In this document: piece after piece, positions 49,447-62,734 of the stretch
Layout: every line of letters starts with the position of its first letter
Position numbering within the stretch: position 1 is the first letter of the stretch
Origin: Octopus sinensis
Taxonomy: Eukaryota
Direction: 5' to 3'
Assembly: GCF_006345805.1 (NCBI RefSeq)
Contig: NC_043013.1
Span: 56,544,001-56,608,000, forward strand
DNA: 64,000 nucleotides
Program-made: the position numbers and the translations under genes
The notes under the pieces: generated by a model
What the model saw: only the letters and a program-made list of their open reading frames with translations
What the model was told of the DNA's origin: nothing
Database searches by the model: none

Positions 49447-50989
49447 CAACAACAATAATGCCATGAAAAATACCTAGATAACCTTATAAAATTTGAAACA
49501 AAAGAGAATGGAGACAGACTTTCCGAAATACATCAAAGAATAGTGAAGTTGCTTAAACAAATAATTTTAAAATGCAAAAGGAAAACAAGCAGTAAATTGA
49601 GGAAAAATAATGGTTTGAGGAATTGTTTATCATGTGAGAACAGACATTAATGTAAGGCAAACAACAACAACAAAAGAATTAATAAGTTTTTGAAGGACAA
49701 AATGACTTCATGTAGTGATTGTCTCTGTTGATTAACAAACTACTTTTTTAAGCTAATTCTTATATTTCAGTCTATATAAATACATACATACAATGTGTGT
49801 GTGTGTGTGTGTGTGTGCGTGTGTGTGTGTAAAGAGAGAGAAACAAAATCTTCCGGGAATGTGATGTGTGTAGCTGGTGGTCTCACTATCAGGCTATGCA
49901 ATAATAATATAAACATGCTGTTTGGTGAAATTGTGGCTTTGAATTACTCAATCATTCAATAATATATTGAACTCCATCATGATATCCATGCATTCATTTT
50001 GGTAGGTGGAGCAAGAGGAAAGTACAGCCTAAACTACCTTGGAGTATTCAAATTATTTCCCATAATATATTCTTGAAAAGCACTTTTAAACAACATTTTA
50101 CAAATAATGTTGTCATGTGTTCTACTCTGTAAGTCAATCACTGATTTGTTTCATTAGAATGTAAAGAGAGACAAAGAAAGGAGTTTCTTTGCAATTTGGG
50201 TGGAACAAAAACCACACAAGGTATTTTGCTTGAATGTATTGATTTATTGGGTTATAGTTTTGTCTATTTTTGGCAATGTTTACATCAACTCCACCATTTC
50301 AGGTTCAATTCCACTGCATCCCACATAGGGCAAGTGTAGTTTAATGAAAAATGCCTTGCGAAAGAATCTGGTATAACAGATCTGGTATAACATGATTTGA
50401 GTTCATTCTCACTGGAAGGCACCTTGGTTAAGTGTTTTCTTTTATTGCCCTGGGCCAACCAAAGTATTGTGAGTGGATTTGGTGGATAGAAAATACAAGA
50501 AACCTATCTTAAACATAAATAAATAACAGTAAAGATTTAGGTGTCGATCTCTGACGGCCATTTCCTATGACTCCTTTAATTGAGATCTATGAAAAACATT
50601 ACACCGTTGTAAAGAAACCGTTTTCGTCAGATGAATTCATGAACTTCAAAATTAAAGACAATCAAAATGATTTAACATAATTTAAAATCCACTAAGCAAA
50701 GCATTTTCAGCGATTCTGCTGCTATTTCATTTGACAGAATAGATTTACCAGAATCATGTATATTTAATCAGAACACGAAAATTAGGGGTTGGTAGAGTTT
50801 TTAGGAGGGTCTAATTGTCGACATACACTCCATGAATATCATTCGGCTGGTACTTAGAGACCAAGTTTGATACTTACATAATATTGTGTGTGTATTTTAT
50901 TCTGATCTAATGATGTGCCTCAATTTAAGTACCTAATTCAACTGAATTTTACTTATATATAAATATATATATATATATATGTATATATT

Positions 50990-51020
<31 letters not shown>

Positions 51021-51196
51021 GCATATTTTCAGACCTATGTGTGTGTGTATGTTTTCGTTTCTCGTTGTGTTCTACGATTATTTGTGGTGTCCTGTACTCA
51101 TATATATATATATATATATGCATGTATATATACATATAAATGTAGGTATGTACATATATGTATGTATGTATGCATATGTTTTATTTATTAAATTGT

Positions 51197-51233
<37 letters not shown>

Positions 51234-51240
<7 letters not shown>

Positions 51241-51825
51241 TGATGGGTAGATTGTTGCCATTTAAAGTTTTTAATTTTGTGCATGTGTATTGCTTGTTTT
51301 AGATTTTGTCGATTACACAGTATAGTAGGGTCAGTTGGACACCATCTGTGAGAAAAACAGCACCATGACACAATTCACTCTGCCAGAAATTTGGAAACGA
51401 CATGCTGTAGTGCTTGGCATTCACACCAGAAGCTCCAATACGAATATTTCAGTGAGTTTGGATGTCAATCTGAGGAGAGTGCAGAGGATTTAGAAAGAGT
51501 TGGAAAGAGTTGGATGAGTCTAATGATGATTATGAATTAAGGCAGTGAGCTGGCAGCTCGGAAAACTCACTCTGGTCGTTCTGATAAGAAAACAACTCCT
51601 GAATTTGTTGGTGGGATCCAGGCCATGATTGACAACGATCCCTCCAAGTCAATCGGGTCCATCACCAGGGACATGGGAGTGTCTGGGTCTCTTATCAGGC
51701 AAGTAATGCATGAAGACATTTGGTATTCCCCACAGAAGTTGAGAAAGGGCCAATTTTTATCCCAAGCCATCAAGGATGAGAGGAAAGACCATGTTACGTT
51801 AAACAAACTCAAGCATCTCCTTTAA
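51234..51825 (+). mobile_element. 5' fragment of a DD37D (maT/Bmmar1-like) transposon
   Basis: TA-flanked end tagggtatgatgggtagattgttgcc; IDNDPSKSIGSITRDMGVS...IRQVMHEDI...RKGQFLS. Confidence 0.6.
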
Positions 51826-51924
51826 CCATATATTTATAAAAATATCATAAATATAAAGCTAAATTATCAAGTTAATAATTTCATTCAGTAAAATCCCCGT
51901 AAGCACCAGTAACTCTCTTTACAC

Positions 51925-52956
51925 GGGGTCGAAATCGTTTACAAGCTTGGATTAAGTGGTCCTTGTTCATATTGAACATGACTCGAACTATGGCAGCTTT
52001 CAAAGAATCTTTGGTGCCGTGAGGGGTGTTCATTGACATTTTTTCTCAATGATGTTTCATACATAGTAGTCCAGTGAATTGAGATCTGGAGAATTAGGGG
52101 GCCAAATGTTGGGGGTGATGGGATCATGAAAGTTGTCGGCCATCCATTCTTGGTGCAGAATCTTGTTAAAAGATTCAGGGCCTTCCATTGCATACACTTG
52201 ATCCAAGGCTTAATAACTTTTTCCAGAACCTTGATATATGCAGCAGCATTCACCCTAAGGCCTTGTGGGAAAAAGTGAGGGGGCATCACATGTCCTTCAT
52301 TGCTAACAACACCCAAAACCTTGCAGTAAGTATTGTATGCATTACTCTTGGAACCTCAGAAGAGTCTGCACATAGCCATCTGTCATTTCTTCTGTTAGTT
52401 TTCTGGTCTAGGTGAAAGTTTTTCTCACATGAGAAAAACCAAATCACACCACCTTCTGATGGATTTTTAAGTTTCTTCAAAACCCTTTTGGATCTGATTA
52501 AACAGTTTTCTTTTGTTTTTTTCTGGCATCACATAAGATTTCTATCTGATGTCTTCATGCACAACATTTCTGACTGTTTTTTTCTGACACATGAAATGTT
52601 TTTTGCAATTCACTTCATTGATTGTCTTGGATTGTCTTCAATGTTTTGCTTAACTTCCTGAATAAATTCAGTTGTCCTCACAGAATCAGAACATTTAGGA
52701 TGTTTTCTACATTTTCTTGCTTCTTTCTCTAACTCACACTGAATCTTGTGCACAAAAGATTTTGCAACTTTCAGAAAACGAGAAATTTCTAAATCACCCA
52801 TGTTTAACCTTCAAAGCTACAATCACAGCATACCTTTTTATTTCATCAGTAAGCATAGAGCCTGTCATTGTTATTTTCTGAAATAAAAGCTCAATATCAA
52901 TTAGTGAAATAAAATGACTAAGAATACATGTGTCCTCAAATACCTTCTGCACCCTG
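51925..52956 (-). mobile_element. Degenerate DD37D (maT/Bmmar1-like) transposon
   Basis: End TA|cagggtgcagaagg; WFFSCEKNFHLDQKTNRRNDRW, GVVSNEGHVMPPHFFPQGLRVN, QDSAP, WPPNSPDLNSLDY (third catalytic residue D); spacing not countable because of indels. Confidence 0.7.
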
Positions 52957-53820
52957 TATATATTTATATATATAGATACATATATTTATGAAGACATGCA
53001 GCCTAGTGGTTGGGGTATTTCCCTTGTGATTGCTAGACCATAAGTTTGATTCCCAGACCAAGGGGAGCATTGAGTTCTTGAGCAAAACACTTCATTTCTC
53101 ATTGCTATCATCCTATTAGGTGTAACAAACAGGATACCATCATTTGAAAGCCAAAAGTGTTACAAAGTGAAACAAATAATATTGTACTCAAAACATACAA
53201 ATAAAACAAATAAGATATCACAGTTTGAAACCGAAGTGCAATGTGGTGAATTGTGACTTCAATATTTTCCTTCAATGCAAAACGAACCTTTTGTACCACA
53301 GTAAAAAGGGATAAGGTGAAAAAGGAGTCAGTCTACAACAATGAGTCTAGATTGTCTGGTAGAATCCATAACATGTTTTCTCTGGACAAATCAACATAAG
53401 CTTAAATAATCCACATGACCGAATTGTGTCCACAGATTGGATGACAATAAACAATGTTTTGTGTTGAGACAAATGGGGTTGTCTTAAAAACAATGCAAAG
53501 TGCATTGTGGTCAGTGATGTATAGCAACATCTAATAATCTGGTCGATGCCCTGATATATGTATGTATTTATATGTGTATGTGTGCATGTCTGTGTAATGT
53601 GTATGTTTGTATATGTCCTCATCCTGACTGTGTTCACAGGTTGTGAAACAATGGCCTTTCTGATGCTGTCCTCTGTATGTGGTCCACTGGACATCTGCTA
53701 TGTTGTGCAATCATTGAATCATTGTCGAGCAAAGGCTCATTCAGACTGTGTTGTTTGTTTCCAGTTCTCCCCATAACGACGTCCAGGCTGCTTGTTGATT
53801 GACAGACTGGACATCATTAC

Positions 53821-53889
53821 CTCGACAGGTTGGTTGTCAGACAGGTCGATGAAATGTAGAAAACTCAGCCTCAATTTACTCATCTGATC
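53821..53889 (-). CDS. Candidate exon (69 bp, phase 0-0): DQMSKLRLSFLHFIDLSDNQPVE, LRR-like
   Basis: ttttctgtgcttgcaAG acceptor, GTAATG donor, LxxLxxIDLSxN pattern. Confidence 0.45.
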
Positions 53890-54578
53890 CTTGCAAGCAC
53901 AGAAAATAGATGTTAAAAGAATGGTAATTCATACATAGCTAGGTAGGTAGGTAGGTAGATAGATAGACAGATGAATGGACAGACGGACGGACAGCCAGAT
54001 AGACAGACAGCCAGATAGATGGATAGGCAGACAGACAGACAGATGGATGGACAGACAGATAGATATATAGATATGTGTTTTTGCATGTGTATGTGTGTAT
54101 GCTTTTTGTGTATCCCAGTTTGAGATCCCTTATGCTGTAGGAGACAATTCAAAGGGTTGATGGCAGGAAAGACATCCCGGCTGAAAAACACTTAAAAAAT
54201 AAAGGAACCACGTTGCATATGTTTACAGCTGTCAGAGGTCCAAATGACTGACCCTTAATTTAGCAGCTAAAATGACCTGTGTTCTTGTGTATTGTTGAGT
54301 GTGTCTGTGCTGTGTAAAACACGTAATGTTTCTCTCTTTCCAATTTCCTCACCTAAAATCACTAACCCAAAACTGTTAAACTAGAATCTATCTTTCCTTG
54401 ACGTGTGGCTGTGATTGTTCATTCATCATCCAATTTACTGTTTAAATATTTGGATTGACAATCTAATTCCTTACCAGATACGCAAATGTCTATCTTGTGT
54501 TTATTGGAAGTAGGAATTACCAAGACCAGAAAGCTTTAAGCTGTCAGAAATTATAGCAATTGCAACAGTGTCCATTAC

Positions 54579-54662
54579 CAAATAAGGTGAGGTTGTCAGT
54601 TTGTTAGTTGTGCAATGTGGCCTGTCGGAAGATTGAACACCCTCTGTGAAGTCTCTCAGGAG
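54579..54662 (-). CDS. Candidate exon (84 bp, phase 0-0): LLRDFTEGVQSSDRPHCTTNKLTTSPYL
   Basis: gttgcctgttcAG acceptor, GTAATG donor, phase-compatible with 53821-53889. Confidence 0.35.
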
Positions 54663-54937
54663 CTGAACAGGCAACACACACATGCACAAATGCATGCACA
54701 CACACACAAACATGTCCACACAAAAAAACATGCCCATACACACACATGCACACACGCATGCAGCCACACATCCGCACACACACACTCTCACACATATACA
54801 TACACATACACACTCACCCAGAGACATGTATGTGCACTTACACAGATACACACACATGCATATATATGTATATGCATACACACTCACACATGCACACGCA
54901 CATGCACTTGCACACACACATGTACATACGCATACAT

Positions 54938-54973
<36 letters not shown>

Positions 54974-56539
54974 AACATAAAGATAGCTGTGTGTCAAACC
55001 ATGCAAATCTGTCAAGTTCCAAGTCAAAAATTCTTGTCAGCCTGTTTTTATGTCCTGTCAAAATAACTGAGCGATGACTCATTCTGCCAAATTCTTCAGC
55101 AGCCAATCACCTAATGAAAATCTCAAAAGGATTCTAGCCAATGAGGGAAATTTCTTCATACAGTCACGAGCTGCTAGAAACAGCAGTGAAATCTCTGTTT
55201 AATCAACCCCTATTGTTATTTCTAATGTATCCCAGTTCAAGGATAGACACCATCTGGAGGGATTTCTTCTCAGATCTTGTTCCCACCACCTTTGTATTCT
55301 TGCCAACAATTCCCAACCCACCTTTATATTCCACAGAGTGGCCACCACCTTCCCTCTGCTACAACCCCACTCTGTCAAGGGTTTTTCTGTTGTTTTGTGA
55401 GTCGCTTGGGGAACCCCACTAGAGCTGGTTTCATGAAAGATACACCCTTGACACTTCATAAACTGGCTGGTATTAGGGAGGACATCAGTTTATAGAAACT
55501 GTGCCGAAGCAGACGCTGGAGCTTGGCCCTGAATGTTCTTCAGCTGTCAAATCCATGCCAGCGTGAAAGATGGATATTAAAGGATGATGATGTACAGCCT
55601 GCCCCCTGTGTGTCACAAAAGCTAACTAGTAGAATATTCCTCAGCCTGTTTATTAGGATATTCTTTTATCTCTTAATTTCCACTTTTTCCAATCATTAGA
55701 CTGCAACCAAGCTGGAGCACCACCTTGGAGAACTCTTTTTAAAAATCAAATAAATCAATTCTTGTACTTATTTATTTATTTTTTTAATCTTGGCACTGAT
55801 TCAGACTCTTTTGCTGGACTGCGAAATGCTAGAGATGTAAACACACCAACACCAGGTGTCAAGCAGTGTGTGTGTGTAGGGGAGAGAGACACCGACACAA
55901 AGACACGCACACAAATATTAAGATAAGAGACTGCACCGTTTTATAGTAGGGTTGCAATTTCAACGATTACTAATCGATGCAATTGAAACATGCTTTGGCC
56001 TTAAAAGGCAGAAAATATAATTATGGAATTAAAGCTAATGCTGGAGTAAAGATTGTTTGCCAACATAACATGGCAGTCCTGGTTTAGGATGAAAGTTGCT
56101 GTATAAGAGTTCAATTGACTAGTTAGTTGATTTATTTGATCATTAATGGTGAAACCCATAGGTAAAGGGTTAACTGAGATTTTTATTCATTCAAGTACCC
56201 TAAAGGCAACTTGCAGTGTAAGAATATCTCTTTCATAATTTGGGTTTTGACTGCCCTCTCTAGCATGTAAGGAATCCAAATGATGGTCTCCTCTCTGTGT
56301 ATAAAGTCTTATACACTTATTATATTACAAAAAAATATTTATGTCTTCTGACTTTTATTACACATGCTAACCATTGGTTTTAATTATTAATTATTAATTT
56401 AATAATTTTTACCCTGTATATATTCTGTGTGTGTGTACATATATATATATATATATATATGTATAATGAGAGCTATTGGTATCTAGAAGACCCAAAGTGG
56501 TAGGTAAGGCTATGTAAGCAGGTATATGTTAAATAAAAT

Positions 56540-56785
56540 GAGACAACAAAGTCAAGGCTTTTTGCATTTCTTCATTCATTCTCCTATTTCCTCATATCCT
56601 CCTTATTTCCTTCCTTTTCAAAATAACTCCTCATATTGAACCCTAATATTTCCCTCTATTTAACCATCTCACATTGTCTCTGATGAAGGGATATCCCTAA
56701 TATTCCAGAAACGGCTGTAAGACTAGCTCTCTCTTTAGAAATGTCCTGAAAACACCACACAGCCGTGGCTTTGTTGTTTCATTAT

Positions 56786-56790
<5 letters not shown>
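56540..56790 (+). mobile_element. Short Penelope-like 3' tail containing a hammerhead-like motif
   Basis: Pyrimidine-rich leader, motif at 56676-56723, ends in (TA)/(CA)n; PLE origin inferred from architecture only. Confidence 0.5.
56676..56723 (+). ncRNA. Type I hammerhead-like motif
   Basis: GUCU-CUGAUGA-A-GGGAUAU(cccua)AUAUUCC-A-GAAA-C(ggcu)G-U-A-AGAC. Confidence 0.65.
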
Positions 56791-56833
<43 letters not shown>

Positions 56834-57014
56834 ACTGTATATATCATAATGATAATTATTCTCTGATTTGATGTCACAATTTTTAAATATAAACAAATGA
56901 CCATAGTAACTTTCACTCCGTAACTTGCAAAGCCTTTCAGGTTTGTTTATAAAAACATTATTTATGTAGTATGTATGTGTGTGTGTGTGTGTACATGTCG
57001 GTTTCTTTTACTTT

Positions 57015-57145
57015 TTAACTACCAAATCCATGGACAAGCTTTGGTCAGCCCAAAGCTATAGTAGAAGACACTTACCAAAAGTGTTGTATAGCAAGACTGA
57101 ACCGAGAACCATGTGGTTTGGAAGCAGACTGCCCACCACATAGAC
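57015..57145 (-). mobile_element. SINE family B
   Basis: ctaccaaatccatggacaagctttggtcagccc...tatagtagaagacactt...gactgaaccgagaaccatgtgg. Confidence 0.7.
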
Positions 57146-57779
57146 ATGCCTGTGCCTGTGTCACATACTTTCTTTCATCCGATCTGGGACAGTGTAGCAG
57201 CAGCCGCAGCCATCATGCAAAGGAATTTGTGAACAGGGAAATGAAGAATTTGTTTCTTATTCTTGTTACGGAGAGGATTTTCGATGTTTTATGGAATGGA
57301 TTAGGAATGTTGTGTGATGCCAAACATTTGATGTAAGATACTTGAAAAACATAAAAGAAGAGGAAGGAAGACGAATGCTACCATTACTAACTCTGAATTA
57401 GGTTGGGATGGAATCAGCATTCTTCATAATATTGCCTTAATCTCTAAATATCCTTGCACAGAATATTCCATGTAAGACGTTTAATACCAGAAACTGTAAA
57501 TTTGAAGCTTTAATGCAAAAATATGAGATGAGCAAACAGGATTAACTCCTTTATGGCAGATATTTATAGTGGAACAGGAATGGTTAAATTATTTGTTTGT
57601 GTACGTAGATGTGTGTGTGTGTGTGTTTTAAAATTTATTGTTTTTTTCCCTCCTTTCTGCCACTGACAGTTGTGATAACATTCTCTTCACAAGTGCAACA
57701 GTTTTACGAGCATTTGATTATGTACATTCTGTAGGAAACATGTTATATACAGCAAGAATTATATATATATGGGAATGGT

Positions 57780-57990
57780 AACATCCTCATCATCCTCATC
57801 ATCACTGTCATCGTCGTTATCGCCATCATCATCATCATCATCATTGTTGTCATTGTCATCTATATCACCACAGCTATCACTTCCACGACCACCACCAACA
57901 TCATCATCATCATCACCCTTCTCCGTACTGCCATCATCATCATCATCACCTTCACCAACAAAATCTAGTCCTGTTACCACTATTAACATA
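57780..57990. repeat. Imperfect (CAT)n/(CAC)n tract
   Basis: Direct reading. Confidence 0.85.
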
Positions 57991-58116
57991 TAAACAAAAT
58001 TATCGATCAGATCTGATATGTGGTAATATTTGATGTTGTTCATCATCTTCATTATTTTAATTATTTTATTTAATTTAATAATGATAATAATAATAATAAT
58101 AATGATGATGATGATG

Positions 58117-58832
58117 GCTGTGGATGACTAAAAGCGATTTAAAACCAGAAACGGAGGCTCTAATCTGTGCTGCCCAAGAGCAAGCACTAAGAACAAACTA
58201 CATAAAATACAGAATAGACAACACATCAGAAAGTGATAACTGCAGAATTTGTGGACAAAACGGTGAAGCCATATGTCATATTACCAGCCAATAAACGCCA
58301 CTAGCCCAGAAGGAATATAAGAGACTCCACGACAATATAGCAAGGCTTGTTCATTGGACACTCTGCAACAAGTATGGACTTGACAGAGCCAAAAATTGGT
58401 ACGACCACAAACCTGAAGGTATCGTCGAAAATAGAAATGCAAAGATCCTATGGGATTTTATGATTCAGTGCGACCATGAGATGGAGAATAGGAAGCCAGA
58501 CATAGTCTTTATTGAGAAAGAAAACAAACAATGCTGGATCATAGATATAGCATTCCCAGCTGACAACAAGGTATGCGATAAGGAAGAAAGAAAAGTCGAT
58601 GGGTATGACAGGTTAGATTGGGAAGTTAAACAGTTGTGGTCGATGAAAAATGTGGTAGTAGTACCAATAATTGTTGGAGCCCTGGGAACAGTGAGTAAAA
58701 ATCTTGAGAAGTACATGTAACAAATAGGGGCTGCAATAAGGGTGGAGCACTTGCAGAAAACAGCACTGCTTGAAACAGCTCGAATACTCTGGATGGTGCT
58801 CAAAAAATACCAATTCTGTCAGCGAGCTGCCT
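58117..58832 (+). mobile_element. R4/Dong-like REL LINE 3' fragment (family B)
   Basis: LKPETEALICAAQEQ, CRICGQNGEAICHI (knuckle), RKPDIVFIEK...IIDIAFP, PIIVGALG; flanked by (TAA)(TGA)n and (TGA)n. Confidence 0.88.
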
Positions 58833-60764
58833 TGATGATGATGATGATGATTATGATCATAATTTCTTTATTGTTTATGAAAGTTCAAAACAGTGAAGCG
58901 GGAATACAAAACAATTCAATAGAAATATCAATTTCTGGGCCAGGACATTTCTGTTAATGAAATTGTGGAAGCAGGGAAACTGGGAGCACGTCTTTCAGAC
59001 TAGAAAACTTATCCTGAAATCCTTATCAATAAGAATGATTTGAGTCTTGAGAACCCATTCCATCCACTCTCAACAAAACAAAGGATTCTTATAGAATAAA
59101 GTCCTTGTGCCATGCAAAAGCAGAATGGGGGAAGCCGAGATCTACAAGACTGAAAAACATGGCAGTTTAACCATCAGATTAAGAATATCTGGCTTCCAAG
59201 TCGAATTCCTTACCATAGATGCATGTGGGAGAGGGTTTGGGGGAATATCTACTAATAGTATAATGCAGTGATTTTCAACCAGGCTCCATATGGCCCTTAG
59301 GGGTCTGCATAAGATTTTGCTGTTAAAAATAATCTGCAATGAATTGGTAACACTTCTACAATACACAAAATGTTTTGATTAAATTCCTAATAATATATAT
59401 TTTATAGAGTATAACAGGATCTTTTAAACATCAAATAGCTATAAAAACCCACCAAAATAAAATAAGGAGCCAAGGGGTCTATAGGCAAACAATTGGACCA
59501 CTGGTCAAATGAAACTGCTTTGAAAAAGAAAACCAAGGCTCTTAAGGTAATGATAGATGCAGCTGAGAATTGTTCCAGCTGGATCTGGCCAAAGAGGAAT
59601 GAAAATGAATTTCAGAAGGAATAATTCACGCTTTGATCAACTGGTGTCTTACGTACCTTAACAACTGAGTTGCAATGCAACCAGTTGCAGAATGTGGCAA
59701 CAGAGGGGTATTTAAAGGTTATGACCTGGACATGGCCCAGCTCCCTTTGAATGTGAGCAGTTAAAGCCAAAACACTTATATGTGGAAGGGATTCATCTTT
59801 GAAGACTTCTGTTGGTTAGCTCTCCCTTGAGTGGATACTTACACATAAAATTAGTTCAAAAGAAAATAACAAAAAACAATAAATAACAATAAAATATAAG
59901 CAACAATGGAAATCCTCAATATTGGGTGAACACCACTTTGAGGTAATACAGGCCCCCACAGATCCTGCTTCACCTTGATCACCAATGATACCAGAAGTAA
60001 GTTCCTTCTGTCTCTTCTTTATCATTTACAGCCTACAGGTGTATACTAAGAATAGGTCCATTAACAAGGACCCTTTTGGCTATGCTCACTCACAATTCAG
60101 AATATTTGTTGGGTGTGGGGAAGAACTTACCCCTTCACCCTCACATTCTTCTGCAAGTGGGACCTGGAAAACTCATGAGAACTTGACCAAAGAGGAAAAT
60201 GCCTGTCTTTAGTTCTTTCAGCCACAACCAACATACAACCTCTTTCACTATAACCACCAAACTGAGGAGGACTGCCTGAGCTTCTTCATTGGAGGAAGAT
60301 GCCAGTTGTTATTTATGATTGATTCAGTCAGTACCTGGATCTGCTCTCTATGTGATGACAGTTGATCAACAAAACTTTACTGATCAGCAAAACTCAAACT
60401 CTGATTGCAGAACACTGTCGTTGCTCTGTACATATCACAGGCTACATTGGCTACAGAGTTTGGCTAGAACTAGCAATGCCCTCTAGTGACATGGCCAGGC
60501 CAAAGTTTTCTAGAAATTATCAAAAGGCCCTGAGATGAAATGCTCTAGAACTGATCAGCTAGTTCATATGCATCAAACACCATAGATTCTTCAATGGTGT
60601 TCTTTCCCACCGTTTTGTGTCATTAAAACAGCCGGCTTTTGGGGATCTGCGATTAGCAAAAGGAGGGTTGTAAAAATAAGGCAAAACAACTTTTAAACTA
60701 TTTCAGTTTGATGACTCAAATGGACAGATGTAATAATAATAATAATCCTTTCTACACAGGCGCA

Positions 60765-60920
60765 GGTGTGGCTGTGTAGTAAGAAGCTTGCTTTCCAAAC
60801 ACATGGTTCTAGGTTCAGTCCCACTGCGTGGAAACTAGGGCAAGTGTTTTCTACTATAGCCTCGGGCCGATCAAAGCCTTGTGAGTGGATTTGATAGACA
60901 GAAACTGAAAGTGGTCCATC
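60765..60920 (+). mobile_element. SINE family B
   Basis: gcaggtgtggctgtgtagtaagaagc...ggttcagtcccactgcgtgg...gggcaagtgttttctactatagcc...ccttgtgagtggattt. Confidence 0.8.
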
Positions 60921-60939
60921 ATATATATATATATATATA

Positions 60940-62494
60940 CAGTTGCGGCCAAAATGTTCAGAACGGCCTTGTTTTCGTCAGAAAAGTAGGTATAAGTTTT
61001 TATCAAAGTAGTTTTATATTCTATAATTTTCACAGACAATAAATACAATATTAATTGTTATTGTCTGAGATTTTGGTGTAATTTGAGAGGATAATACAAA
61101 AGTTATGGATGATTTAGTGATTTACTGCAAAACCCATGGCGGCCAAAAGGATCAGAACGGTTGAAAAAAATTACAAAATAACCAAAAATGACAGAGAATA
61201 CTGGAATTATTTAATATTTAGTGTGAAGCCCTTTAGCTTCAATCACACTTTGACATCTTCGACTGCATGAGGAAATTAAATTTTCAATTTCTTGCTGGGT
61301 GATCTTATTCCATTCTTCCCAAAGGGCATTCCATAATTGCTCAGTTGTTTTAGGATTTCTGGCTTTCGAACGTTCTCCTAGAATATTCCACACATTTTCA
61401 ATAGGATAAAGATCTGGGTTTTGAGTAGGCCAATCCATAACAATAATCTTTTCAGCCTTGAGAAAGTTCATGACCACCTTGGCCTTGTGACATGGAGCAT
61501 TGTCCTGCATGAATATGGGTGGTCGCTTAGTTGAATTTCTCAGCACAGGCAAGACATGATCTTTTACAAGTTGTTTATAAACTCCTGCATTTACCTTTCC
61601 ATGTAATTGCACCAAAGGACCCACACCATCTCCAGATATCATACCCCAAACCATGACACTTCCTCCACCGAATTTAACACTAGTCTTAAGGCATTTAGGC
61701 GACAATTTTTCACCTACTTTTCGACGAACATACCTTTTCCCATCTGAGCCAAATAACATAAACTTAGATTCATCGCGGAAATGCACCGTTTGCCATTTTT
61801 CTTGAGACCACAACATATGTTCGGTTGCAAAGGTAAGACAACACTTTTTTATTCATGGAGCTGATCAGTGGCTTCACTGCAGGTGCTCTTGCTTGTAGGT
61901 CATGTTCAACTAAACGATGAGACACAGTTTTTCGAGATAAAGTTTTCTTCAGTACAATGCTCATTTCCCGAGAAACAGCAGCAGCAGTTTTAAATCTGTC
62001 CTTTTTAACCAACTTTACCATAGCACGATCATCTCTCTTGGTCGTTTTTCTTGGCCTACGTGTAGACTTTCTTGCTTCACACGAACCACAATCATCGTAG
62101 ACCTTAAGAATACCGTGAACAACACTTTTTGACTTGTTAACAATCTTTGCAATAGACCCAATACTTAAATTATCCTTCTTTCGAAGCTTAATAATCTGCT
62201 GACGAATTGGTAACGGAGTAAGTGGCATTATATTAACAAAGTACACTGCAGATATTTTTACTAATGTTTAGTAAACTAACCGTCAGGTAAACAACTTCAA
62301 AACGTTAGAGTTCGCCGGTTAAATATACTAAAACACGGAGTAAAAGCAATCGTTCTGATCATTTTGGCCGCCATGGGTTTTGCACTAAATCACTAAATCA
62401 TCCATAACGTTTGTATTATCCTCTCAAATTACACCAAAATCTCAGACAATAACAATTAATATCGTATTTATTGTGTGTGAAACAAGGCCGTTCT
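60940..62494 (-). mobile_element. Tc1-family DNA transposon with long IR-DR type inverted repeats
   Basis: TA|cagttgcggccaaaa; left IR ~60940-61160 with direct repeats ggccaaaa..tcagaacgg at both ends; right IR ~62350-62494 has an internal deletion and lacks the outer tip. Confidence 0.92.
61211..62246 (-). pseudogene. Tc1 transposase, DD34E, one frameshift (~61840)
   Basis: HTH region in 61770-62246; FRDESKF, VMVWG, FMQDNAPCH-34 aa-E (WPTQNPDLYPIE) in 61211-61816. Confidence 0.92.
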
Positions 62495-62734
62495 CTCTGC
62501 TATCACTTGACAACTGATCCTGGTGTGTTTATGTTCCTGTAGCCTAGTGGTTTGGTAAAAGAGACTGAGAGAATAAATACTAGGCTTACAAAGAATAAGT
62601 CCTGGGGTCGATTTGTCCAACTAAAACCCTACAAGGCAGTGCTCCAGCATGGCCACAGTGAAATAACTGAAACAAATAATTTAATAAAAGAATATTGTCC
62701 TGAAGCCTACAATTTTGTGGGGAAAGGACGATCA

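Noticed and set aside
59190-60340. Strong minus-strand donors (GTAAGT near 60134, GTAAGG near 59212)
   Set aside because: Upstream exon boundaries are ambiguous and phases could not be reconciled; left uncalled
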